From a virus: a stretch of 38,241 bases of DNA. The notes under the pieces were generated by a model. That model was not told the origin of the DNA and ran no database searches. It saw nothing but the letters and a program-made list of their open reading frames with translations. The translations under genes were made by a program, and so were the position numbers. The stretch is from positions 1-38,241 of the IMG/VR virus record IMGVR_UViG_3300030397_000021. One strand, written 5' to 3'. Positions 1-6,825 of this stretch are shown one piece after another (the first letter of the stretch is position 1; each line of letters begins with the position of its first letter).

Positions 1-114
1 GGAGGCCATATATACGGGGTTGGTTCATCTGCTGATGGTGTTTATGTTGGTGCTGATTACAATCCAGTAATCAACACACCTGACGCCGGACAACTGACAT
101 TGATTGTTAAGTAA
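1..114 (+). CDS. Duplicated 3' end (last 37 codons plus stop) of the tailspike gene 36133..38232
   Basis: In frame with 36133..38232 when the ends are joined. TAA stop at 112-114 corresponds to 38230-38232. Confidence 0.9.
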   Translation, partial: GGHIYGVGSSADGVYVGADYNPVINTPDAGQLTLIVK

Positions 115-123
115 AACTTAAAA
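1..123. repeat. Terminal direct repeat, copy A (identical to 38119..38241); assembly overlap of a circular or circularly permuted genome
   Basis: I compared bases 1-123 (ggaggccatatatacgggg...gtaaaacttaaaa) base by base with the last 123 bases, and they are identical. The repeat falls inside the tailspike coding sequence. Confidence 0.95.
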
Positions 124-753
124 GAAAGGCCGATCTTCATCGGTCTTTTTCTTTTCTCTGATTAGTCGGCTGTAGTAAGCGCGAAGCTCGCGGAGCTGAT
201 CGCAATCAAGGCGCAAAGATTCGTGTGGACCTTCCAACCATTCAACGAACTCTTCACCTTTCTTATTTATCAGCCCTTGCTTGAATCCAATAGAGTGCTT
301 ATCTCCGTTAATGTTGCCTGATTTGTTCTTATTACAGTTGAATAGACATTGCCTAAAAATATTGGATGTATTGAGCGCGATCTCTGGGTTTCCTCCTGCC
401 GTCCGGTAGTGACCACCGGAGTAGAGAATGGTTGGTTTTGTAGTACCACAGCTAATACAAGGCTCACCTTCATCACGAACATGGTTAACCCACTTCTGGA
501 TCACTTCTTTGGTTAGCTTGAATTGGTGCTTTCTATCGTTGTCTTTAAGCGCCTTCTTAGCCTTTCTGTTGTCCTTTTCCTTTTTGGCTTGTGATTGTAT
601 GGCCTTTTTGTTTTGTCGCTCTCTGACTGCGCGAGAATGCTCAATAGCATGGTCCAAGCTGCAAAACCAGCCTGCCGGGGTTCGTTTGCCATCGACCTCT
701 TCAGGTCGAAAGCGGTTTTTACAGAATGTGCAACGTAATTTTGAGTTTGCCAT
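118..753 (-). CDS. ninG: NinG/Rap-family recombination endonuclease
   Basis: 211-aa ORF. N-terminal Cys/His cluster (CTFC...CSLDH), CISCG, and the block GGHYRTAGGNPEIALNTSNIFRQCLFNCNKNKSGN resemble lambda NinG/Rap. AGGG lies 5 nt upstream of the ATG. Last gene of the leftward operon. Confidence 0.7.
   Translation of the reverse strand: MANSKLRCTFCKNRFRPEEVDGKRTPAGWFCSLDHAIEHSRAVRERQNKKAIQSQAKKEKDNRKAKKALKDNDRKHQFKLTKEVIQKWVNHVRDEGEPCISCGTTKPTILYSGGHYRTAGGNPEIALNTSNIFRQCLFNCNKNKSGNINGDKHSIGFKQGLINKKGEEFVEWLEGPHESLRLDCDQLRELRAYYSRLIREKKKTDEDRPFF
127..155. terminator. Intrinsic terminator after the tailspike gene (possibly bidirectional), overlapping the 3' codons of the convergent ninG-like gene
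   Basis: Stem aggccgat / atcggtct (8 bp, one G-U), loop cttc, then ttttctttt on the + strand. An A-run precedes it, so the minus-strand RNA also gets a U-tract, with one mismatch in the stem. Confidence 0.6.
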
Positions 754-755
754 GG

Positions 756-1352
756 TTACCCTACGCTTAGTAATTGTGATATTGCATTGTGAGCCGTAAC
801 TTCATCGTCAAAAGGTTTAGCCAGGACATAGCGCCAGCACACATTGAAAGCGGCCTTGTAGTAGTCTCTGAATTGTTCCTCTGACATTGCATTGAAGTTG
901 ATTGATTTAAGTTTACGTCTTGGACCAGTCGGCGTGATCTCAACATCGAAATAACCAGCCTGTTCTTTAATCCAGTCGTGAAGCGCTTCCTTGGTCTTAT
1001 TGGGAACCTGGATTTTTTGCGCCCGGTTCTGGCTTAGAGTTGCAAGAAACTGATCGCCCCAATGAGCCACTTCACCGCCGCCGCCGTTATCATCCAGGAC
1101 TTTGCAAAACCTAGCGATCAGCTTCCTTTCTGCTTCGGTTGTCATTCCATTACACGGCTCCCAATACTCAAACGTCAAAGCGATAAGCCCGGCCCAGTAC
1201 CTTTGATGGTAAGCAAGTGAACGGGCGCTTTGTTGAGTTGCGTTAATCTTGATCGCCTGGCCTATCTTCCAGCTTGCCGCCGCTTCCCTATCTGAATCGG
1301 TAGCGTAGGCAAATCCGTTATTGACCTTAATCAAAACAAATTCTTTAGGCAT
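756..1352 (-). CDS. Conserved phage protein (possibly DUF1367 family)
   Basis: ORF 756..1382. I prefer the ATG at 1352 (MPKEFVLIK...) because GGGAGA lies 5 nt upstream. The position next to ninG and the RSLAYHQRYWAGL motif are reminiscent of DUF1367. The family call is tentative. Confidence 0.6.
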   Translation of the reverse strand: MPKEFVLIKVNNGFAYATDSDREAAASWKIGQAIKINATQQSARSLAYHQRYWAGLIALTFEYWEPCNGMTTEAERKLIARFCKVLDDNGGGGEVAHWGDQFLATLSQNRAQKIQVPNKTKEALHDWIKEQAGYFDVEITPTGPRRKLKSINFNAMSEEQFRDYYKAAFNVCWRYVLAKPFDDEVTAHNAISQLLSVG

Positions 1353-1890
1353 GATTTCTCCCGTGATTTTCATGGAAGCCATGCTTAATATTTGCTTCTT
1401 TCCTTGCGCTAATTGCGTCTGCTATATCAGTGAATGCACCAAGATAAATATACTTTTTATTTACCTGTATTCCTGCCCGCCATTTATTTTGTTTTACATC
1501 CCAAGTAACCCCGGTAAACCCTGATGAATTATTTGCACTCAGCTTCAAATTCTTGGCGTTTTCTTTTTGGGTTACAGATCTTAGGTTGGCGAATGAGTTA
1601 TTCAGGCCGTTGCCGTCAATATGGTCGATTTGTTCTTTTGGAAATGAGCCCGTCATGTAAAGCCACGCTAGTCTGTGAGCTCTATAACTCTTATCTTTAG
1701 CTTTAATGAACACGTATTTTTTGCCGCTGTAGTTTCGTTGTGTTCCAGCTTTCGTGTTCGAGAACCTAGCATTCCAAGAGTTAAATGCCTTATTGGTTTT
1801 AAAAGTTTCTAGTGGTCTTTCGTTCCAAGTGAAAACCCCAGTGATGGGATCGTAATGAAGCAGTTCTTTGAGTTGTGATTGAGTAATCAT
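1345..1890 (-). CDS. Free-standing HNH homing endonuclease with C-terminal AP2 DNA-binding domain
   Basis: HNH_3-type motif YRAHRLAWLY...IDHIDGNGLNNSFANLRSVTQKEN. AP2-like block SGFTGVTWDVKQNKWRAGIQVNKKYIYLGAFTDIADAISARKEA. GAGG lies 5 nt upstream of the ATG. The stop overlaps the next gene's start by 8 nt. Confidence 0.9.
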   Translation of the reverse strand: MITQSQLKELLHYDPITGVFTWNERPLETFKTNKAFNSWNARFSNTKAGTQRNYSGKKYVFIKAKDKSYRAHRLAWLYMTGSFPKEQIDHIDGNGLNNSFANLRSVTQKENAKNLKLSANNSSGFTGVTWDVKQNKWRAGIQVNKKYIYLGAFTDIADAISARKEANIKHGFHENHGRNHA

Positions 1891-1984
1891 ATTAACCTCG
1901 TCTAGTTAATTCGTCATTGAAGAGCGCGGCAACTGGTGACGAAACCAGCTTTCGGGAGCTAACCTAGCCGCAACTGAATTATAG

Positions 1985-2227
1985 TTAATCTTCGATTTCT
2001 TTCAACTGTGAAACCAAATCTTCAGCAATATATTGGATCATCCAGTCGCAATTATCGCCGTCTTCAGTCTCCAGTTTTAGCAAGTCATACTCTTCCGGTT
2101 CAGTGGGAAAGCAATCTTGCGGCAAAGCATCATAGACACCTTTAACTTCTGGTGTATAATCAAACGTAAGCGCTGCTTCTACTTTAGTGCCGTTTATATT
2201 CAGTATCACCGTTTTTGTGTATTGCAT
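1985..2227 (-). CDS. Small strongly acidic hypothetical protein (80 aa)
   Basis: ORF with about 19 D/E versus about 5 K/R. Sits between the Dam-like methyltransferase and the HNH gene. Confidence 0.6.
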   Translation of the reverse strand: MQYTKTVILNINGTKVEAALTFDYTPEVKGVYDALPQDCFPTEPEEYDLLKLETEDGDNCDWMIQYIAEDLVSQLKEIED

Positions 2228-2254
2228 GTTATTACTTCCTTTTCTACTTTGAAC

Positions 2255-2286
2255 TGACCTAGCCGTTTTGGTTAGGTCATTTTTTT
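2255..2286 (+). terminator. Intrinsic terminator oriented on the + strand, antisense to the leftward operon
   Basis: tgacctagcc-gtttt-ggttaggtca (10-bp stem, one G-U) followed by seven T. On the minus strand the stem has an A-C mismatch and no U-tract. Confidence 0.6.
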
Positions 2287-2842
2287 ACTTCTCATAAAAC
2301 CCAGGTCTGAAGTCGTACTCAATCACTCTTGAAGGTGCTTTAAGTCCTATCGGCGTGATAATTCCAACCGCACAGCTAAACTTAGGCCCTTGCTCATTCC
2401 CGTTTTTATCCAGGAACTTTGAACCGTCCGGCCTTAAAAATTTAAGTCTGAATGGCATTTCAATGAATGTGTCACAAACTTCTTTAAGCTTTCGGCGATA
2501 AGCCACTTCCGGATTGTTAGGAATGATCATTGCCGTTGTTGTTCCATGCTGTTCACATTGATCAACCGCCCTCTCAATGAATGGCATTACATTTGAAAAC
2601 GGTGGATTGCACCATGCCAGTGTCGGACCGTAAGCATTACCAACCCAAGGAGTAATAAAACAATCCCGATCTTCTTCAAGGGTAAAGTAGTTTTTAGCCT
2701 TAGCCGTTTTTTTAAGGCAGCACACATCAAGATCGAACTCGTTACCCACAAGAGACTCAATTGAACGAATCAACCAAAAAGGCGTTTGGCCTAAATCCTT
2801 TTCGCTTTCCGGTGTGTTTGAATTACTGTTATCTACTGCCAT
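2285..2842 (-). CDS. Phage Dam-family DNA N6-adenine methyltransferase
   Basis: Catalytic motif LAWCNPPFSNVMPFIERAV, and the size and layout are typical of the phage Dam family. ATG at 2842 is preceded by AGGTG at 6 nt (the ORF track extends to a GTG at 2851). Confidence 0.85.
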   Translation of the reverse strand: MAVDNSNSNTPESEKDLGQTPFWLIRSIESLVGNEFDLDVCCLKKTAKAKNYFTLEEDRDCFITPWVGNAYGPTLAWCNPPFSNVMPFIERAVDQCEQHGTTTAMIIPNNPEVAYRRKLKEVCDTFIEMPFRLKFLRPDGSKFLDKNGNEQGPKFSCAVGIITPIGLKAPSRVIEYDFRPGFYEK

Positions 2843-2843
2843 G

Positions 2844-3101
2844 TTACGCACCTAATTTTTTTAGAAGATTTTTAACGCCACGGTGATAACCAACTTCACC
2901 GCGAATATTGAACTTTCCAGTTGAAGGCCAAAAGTCGGCTATCTTTCCGTTGTGATTAACAACAAGGTGAACACCGCGATTCTTTGATTCAAACTGAATG
3001 CCTTTATCAGCAAGAATTTGAGTAGAAGAAACAAGGTTCTTAGCCTTTTTCTTTTTGCCTTCTTCCTTGATGATTTTAAAAACTTCGCCTATCTCGCTCA
3101 T
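2844..3101 (-). CDS. Hypothetical protein (85 aa, basic)
   Basis: The ATG overlaps the upstream stop (ATGA), which indicates translational coupling. No motif recognised. Confidence 0.6.
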   Translation of the reverse strand: MSEIGEVFKIIKEEGKKKKAKNLVSSTQILADKGIQFESKNRGVHLVVNHNGKIADFWPSTGKFNIRGEVGYHRGVKNLLKKLGA

Positions 3102-3490
3102 AACGTTTGACCTATTTTTGTTATTGCTGAATGAATACGACCGCGCTCTTGTTTTAACTTGCCGATCTTCTTCTTTTGCTCATATGCTCCCTGACAGTTA
3201 GGGCATCCATAGTTAAAGATCACCTCTTCAAAGCCTGAAAACTCAGTTGGATAAGCAAACCCATCACAATAGCCGTCAACGTTTTCACGATCTTCTTTTA
3301 CCAATCTAAAGGCCAGGCTTAAACAATTTTCATCGCCTTCACGATCTAGTTCGAAATCTTCGTCTTCAGATTTATGGCAGTGCTGAAGGTTAACTTCTCG
3401 CTGAGACTGGCAAGCTTTGATTTCGTCAGATATTTCAGCGTGACGCTTGGCTAACTTAATAAGTTTTTCTCCTGGTGATTTATTTTTCAT
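3098..3490 (-). CDS. Hypothetical Cys-containing protein
   Basis: ORF 3098..3523. The internal ATG at 3490 (MKNKSPGEK) has an AAGG just upstream, whereas the 3523 ATG has no nearby SD. Contains CPNCQ and scattered Cys/His. Confidence 0.55.
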   Translation of the reverse strand: MKNKSPGEKLIKLAKRHAEISDEIKACQSQREVNLQHCHKSEDEDFELDREGDENCLSLAFRLVKEDRENVDGYCDGFAYPTEFSGFEEVIFNYGCPNCQGAYEQKKKIGKLKQERGRIHSAITKIGQTL

Positions 3491-4067
3491 CGCCTTTTCT
3501 CTCATTGAATTTTTCCAACCCATCCATTAAAGACTTCATTCCTTGTCTGGACTCCAAAGCTTGTTCTTGCAGCTCAATGCGCCCTGGCAGCTTGTCAGGA
3601 AGTAAAGCCACGTCAGTGCGATTGTATTGCTCATAAGCAGAAACAAATTCTTTACCAGCCCAAACAAGCTGGTCGGTAGTTAGTGAGCAAATATGCTTCC
3701 ATCCTCCAATAGCCTTAACAGCGGCTATAGCTTGTTTATCTTCGAGCTTTAACGTTGCGTATGAGCCAATGCGAGAAATTTCACCCATAACTGTTTGCCA
3801 TGCCATAGAAGCGCGATCTTCAATAGCTTGAGATTGTTGCTTACTAGTCCCTGATATGTGTTTAATCAGGTTCGCAGGCTTGGGGAAAAACATCCCTTGA
3901 TCTGGATCTCGATTGTGAGCAGCTACCGCTTTGCGGAAATCTTCAATAGGAACCTCAATCAAAGCATTCCAGTACATTTGACCTAAAGACTTGGTGATCG
4001 TCTTGTCGTGAATTACTGCAAGCTCTAGAAGTGTTCTTCTGAACTCGTCAAAGTCTTCATTCTTCAT
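3480..4067 (-). CDS. Replication-module protein, possibly a helicase-loader-like accessory factor
   Basis: 195-aa ORF immediately downstream of, and overlapping, the initiator gene. The N-terminal helical region loosely resembles G39P-type loader proteins. The function is inferred mainly from position. Confidence 0.4.
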   Translation of the reverse strand: MKNEDFDEFRRTLLELAVIHDKTITKSLGQMYWNALIEVPIEDFRKAVAAHNRDPDQGMFFPKPANLIKHISGTSKQQSQAIEDRASMAWQTVMGEISRIGSYATLKLEDKQAIAAVKAIGGWKHICSLTTDQLVWAGKEFVSAYEQYNRTDVALLPDKLPGRIELQEQALESRQGMKSLMDGLEKFNERKGDEK

Positions 4068-4893
4068 TTTCAGGTAACTCCCAATCTGAAAGGTTTATAA
4101 TGCTCTGCTTAGTGGCGGAGCTGTAAACTTGAGGCTCTCGATTAGCGCTTTCTCTATTGGCGTTCTCTGCAAACCTCTCCAAGTGTTCCGCATACCTGCA
4201 TATCAACTCTAAATCATCGTACTTTTGGCCGTTGCCTTTCGGGTCGGTGCCGTTGTTGTGCGGTGTTATAGAGCATCCGTAGATAGCTTGCTTGATAAAA
4301 TCAACTGAGTATCCATCTTTCAATCGAGCCTTAACTTTATCCATGCGCTTTTTAGAAAACGTTGTGTTAGGGCCTTTTTTCATCACCTCTTTCCAATAGT
4401 TGAATATTTCAAGTGGAGCGTTTCCAGCTTTAGCTGGTAAATCTCTTTCTTGGTTAATGGTTAATGGTTCTTGGTTAATGGTTAGTGGTTCTTGGTTAGG
4501 TGGCGCTTCGTTAACGGTTTGTTTTTCTTCCGTGCTAGTTTCGTTCACGCTATTAGCACGGTTCGTGCGTTTTTTCTTACGTTTCTCTTCTCTTTCTATG
4601 GCGATCCGTTGGTTTGTCTTCGCGTTGCGGTGATACTTTTCAATCTCATCTTTAATGCGATCTTGTATGTAAACGCCATTATCAAGGGTGAAAAACCTAC
4701 CAAGAACGAACTTAACCGCTTCAACTTCTTCAGTTGTGGAAGCCCAAACCCATTCTATAGCCTGTTCAAGCGTGGGAAATTCTTCACGGTCATAGCACGA
4801 GTCCATAAGAAGCGTGTACGCACCGTGCTGAAGCATGGTTAAGCGTCCGGCTTTCTTGTGGTAATCGCCTATGTTCTTCTTGTAGTAGTGCAT
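4057..4893 (-). CDS. Replication initiator-like protein (N-terminal DUF1376/YdaU-like, C-terminal phage 'conserved C-terminus' DnaD-like region)
   Basis: The N-terminus MHYYKKNIGDYHKKAGRLTMLQHGAYTLLMDSCY matches the DUF1376 signature. The C-terminus FNYWKEVMKK...RMDKVKARLKDGYSVDFIKQAIYG resembles Phg_2220_C-type domains. The start overlaps the HTH gene stop (TAATG). Confidence 0.7.
   Translation of the reverse strand: MHYYKKNIGDYHKKAGRLTMLQHGAYTLLMDSCYDREEFPTLEQAIEWVWASTTEEVEAVKFVLGRFFTLDNGVYIQDRIKDEIEKYHRNAKTNQRIAIEREEKRKKKRTNRANSVNETSTEEKQTVNEAPPNQEPLTINQEPLTINQERDLPAKAGNAPLEIFNYWKEVMKKGPNTTFSKKRMDKVKARLKDGYSVDFIKQAIYGCSITPHNNGTDPKGNGQKYDDLELICRYAEHLERFAENANRESANREPQVYSSATKQSIINLSDWELPENEE
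4449..4503. repeat. Iteron-like 21-bp tandem repeat (about 2.4 copies) inside the initiator gene linker; candidate replication origin
   Basis: cttggttaatggttaatggtt (4449-4469), cttggttaatggttagtggtt (4470-4490), cttggttaggtgg (4491-4503). It encodes NQEPLTINQEPLTINQE in the inter-domain linker. Confidence 0.5.
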
Positions 4894-5096
4894 TAATCCC
4901 CCTCACCAAGGGCGATAAACTCACTTACTTCCATATCTAAAGCTTTCGATATATTTGTTAGGGTTTCAGGATTTACGCGCTTTTGGTTCTGCATTGCGTA
5001 AAGCCTTGCGCGACTAACGCCAAGCTTTTCAGCAAACTCGCCTTTCTTAATGCCCTTTTTAGCCAGGGCGATGTTTAAAGATTTTTTGATATTCAT
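4893..5096 (-). CDS. Cro/CI-type (XRE family) helix-turn-helix regulator, 67 aa
   Basis: HTH signature KGEFAEKLGVSRARLYAMQNQKRVNPETLTNISKAL. First gene of the leftward operon. GAGG lies 5 nt upstream of the ATG. Confidence 0.85.
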   Translation of the reverse strand: MNIKKSLNIALAKKGIKKGEFAEKLGVSRARLYAMQNQKRVNPETLTNISKALDMEVSEFIALGEGD

Positions 5097-5125
5097 GTTA
5101 ACCTCTCATTGTGTTGATGTAGTAG

Positions 5126-5154
5126 ATATTAAGTGATATTTTTTTTATTGTAAA
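5126..5154 (-). promoter_or_regulatory. Leftward sigma70-like early promoter
   Basis: On the minus strand: -35 TTTACA (5154-5149), 17-nt spacer, -10 TAATAT (5131-5126). Confidence 0.65.
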
Positions 5155-5157
5155 GTG

Positions 5158-5186
5158 TTGACATAAATTTTTGTCACTGCTAAAGT
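5158..5186 (+). promoter_or_regulatory. Rightward sigma70-like early promoter
   Basis: -35 TTGACA (5158-5163), 17-nt spacer, -10 TAAAGT (5181-5186). GGAG SD at 5201-5204 precedes the ATG at 5212. Confidence 0.65.
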
Positions 5187-5211
5187 TCAATCATCAACAC
5201 GGAGACACAAC

Positions 5212-5394
5212 ATGAAAAAGGCAAGTATGAAGGTTTTAGCAGTAATAGCAGCGGTGGCGCTTTTCGGTCTTGTTGGTCAAATGGACTATGAAGACGCAGT
5301 AAACCAGGAAGCACACTATTGCGATATGGTTGAAGCTGGTAACTGGTCCGCTTACCGTGATGACATTGTTTGTTCAAAAGTAGAAGGTAAATAA
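5212..5394 (+). CDS. Small secreted or membrane-anchored protein (60 aa)
   Basis: N-terminal hydrophobic segment MKKASMKVLAVIAAVALFGLVG, then an acidic domain with two Cys. Good SD. First gene of the rightward operon. Confidence 0.65.
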   Translation: MKKASMKVLAVIAAVALFGLVGQMDYEDAVNQEAHYCDMVEAGNWSAYRDDIVCSKVEGK

Positions 5395-5395
5395 T

Positions 5396-6082
5396 ATGAA
5401 TATTATGAAAATTAAGACAGAGTGCATTTCGCCGCAAATTCCAAACTCAACATTTGGCAAGCCTTTGTTGTTAATTGTTCCGATTGGTTCGAATGTTAAC
5501 CTTCAAGGTTGCAAATTTGAAGAGGGGCTTCTTGTTATGTGTGAAGGTGATGGAGGTCTTGCTATTGCGTTTATGGTTGCGTCCAAGGTTGCACAAGATG
5601 CTTTTGGCGAAATCTTAACTAATCGTAAAAAATTCAATTGCCACATAAGTTTAAATATCAAAGATATTAATATTCATGTTGATGATAAAGGTGATCCTTT
5701 GTGGCAAAAATTTCCAGATGGCGACCTTTCTTCAATTTCTACAGGTAATGGTAAATCCATGACAACTGAAAATAAAAAAGTATTCGTATATGTCCGTGAA
5801 TATCACGGCAAAGCGTCAGTAGAGGTTTCATCTTCAGAGTTAGATTCAACTTACTGCTGTGATATTACTCGCACTGTAAGCGCTCCACTTTGTGAAATGG
5901 AAATTGAAGTGCCTTCAATCTCAAGCGGTGAAGCTCAAAAGGTTTTATCAGGTGCGCTTCTTGAAAACTTGATTGAAGAACGAGAAAAACTACGCGCTGA
6001 CTTTCACGTTAAGTTAAATCGTTTAAGTGGTCGCATTGAAGAGCTTCAAGCTATCGAGTTCAAAGGTGATGCCAATGAGTAA
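5396..6082 (+). CDS. Hypothetical early protein (228 aa) with C-terminal coiled-coil
   Basis: The ORF starts 1 nt after the previous stop. No motif recognised. The C-terminal LIEEREKLRADFHVKLNRLSGRIEELQ is heptad-like. Confidence 0.6.
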   Translation: MNIMKIKTECISPQIPNSTFGKPLLLIVPIGSNVNLQGCKFEEGLLVMCEGDGGLAIAFMVASKVAQDAFGEILTNRKKFNCHISLNIKDINIHVDDKGDPLWQKFPDGDLSSISTGNGKSMTTENKKVFVYVREYHGKASVEVSSSELDSTYCCDITRTVSAPLCEMEIEVPSISSGEAQKVLSGALLENLIEEREKLRADFHVKLNRLSGRIEELQAIEFKGDANE

Positions 6083-6824
6083 CGGTGAATTAGTTACAAG
6101 TGATCAGCAATCATCACTTCCGGTTATGGCACAGCCGCACATGCGCCTAATTGAAATTGCAGTTAATAACGGCGCTGACATTACGCAACTTGAAAAGCTT
6201 ATGGATCTACAAGAGCGTTATGAAGCGAACCAGGCTAAGAAAGAGTTCAACGCTGCAATGTCAACGTTTCAAAGCTTACTACCTGTCATTGAAAAGAAGG
6301 GTAATGTTTACTATGAGTCTAGCAAAGGCATAACTAACTATGACTTTGCAAAACTTGAAGACATCTCTCATGCAATTAATCCAGCATTAAAAGAAACGGG
6401 GCTGTCTTATCGCTGGGTGCAAAGGCAAGATCAGCAGTGGATAACGGTCACTTGTATCGTTACCCATGCAAAAGGTCACAGCGAAGAAAGTTCATTAACT
6501 TCAACGCCAGATATAAGCGGTGGCAAAGACCCACTTAAAGCAATGGCCTCAGCTATAAGCTACCTAAGACGTTACACCTTGACAGGTATACTTGGCATTG
6601 TTGTTGGTGGTGAGGATGATGATGGCGGTACAAGTGAGCTAGTGAATAGTGACCAGCCAATTAACTGCTATCCAGATGACGAGTTTAATAAAAACTTTCC
6701 AGTATGGTCTAAAAAAATAACTGACGGAAAGCACACCGTTGACTCGCTACACAAATTCTTGACTAATAAGAAAATAATTATTAGCCAAGACCAATACTCA
6801 AAATTACAACAAGTAGGAAAGTAG
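6075..6824 (+). CDS. erf: ERF-family single-strand annealing protein
   Basis: NYDFAKLEDISHAINPALKETGLSYRW...KAMASAISYLRRYTLTGILGIVVGGEDDDG is typical of Erf. ATG at 6075 has AGGTG 6 nt upstream and overlaps the previous stop (the ORF track starts at 6027). Confidence 0.8.
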   Translation: MSNGELVTSDQQSSLPVMAQPHMRLIEIAVNNGADITQLEKLMDLQERYEANQAKKEFNAAMSTFQSLLPVIEKKGNVYYESSKGITNYDFAKLEDISHAINPALKETGLSYRWVQRQDQQWITVTCIVTHAKGHSEESSLTSTPDISGGKDPLKAMASAISYLRRYTLTGILGIVVGGEDDDGGTSELVNSDQPINCYPDDEFNKNFPVWSKKITDGKHTVDSLHKFLTNKKIIISQDQYSKLQQVGK

Positions 6825-6825
6825 A

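Larger units (their letters stand above)
5111..5200. promoter_or_regulatory. Three copies of a GTGTTGA(T/C) box; candidate operators for the HTH regulator
   Basis: GTGTTGATG at 5111-5119 (+), GTGTTGAC at 5155-5162 (+, overlapping the rightward -35), and the reverse complement GTGTTGATG at 5192-5200. The outer boxes sit at the predicted start points of the two promoters. Confidence 0.5.

Noticed and set aside
1-123. Terminal repeat as a genuine T7-like direct terminal repeat
   Set aside because: The repeat boundary lies in the middle of the tailspike coding sequence, and the terminase and portal are P22-type. An assembly overlap is more likely.
4449-4503. Tandem repeats considered as CRISPR or satellite
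   Set aside because: There are only about 2.4 units of 21 bp, no spacers, and the repeat is in-frame within a gene. An iteron interpretation is more plausible.
5180-5437. 85-aa minus-strand ORF spanning the early promoter region
   Set aside because: It overlaps the rightward promoter, the 60-aa gene and the start of the next gene. It has no SD, and its L/H/P-rich product is implausible.
5486-5494. GGTTCGAAT, which resembles a tRNA T-loop
   Set aside because: The flanking bases (cgatt / gttaa) cannot form a T-stem, and no acceptor or anticodon arms are evident. It lies inside the 228-aa CDS. I found no tRNA in the window.
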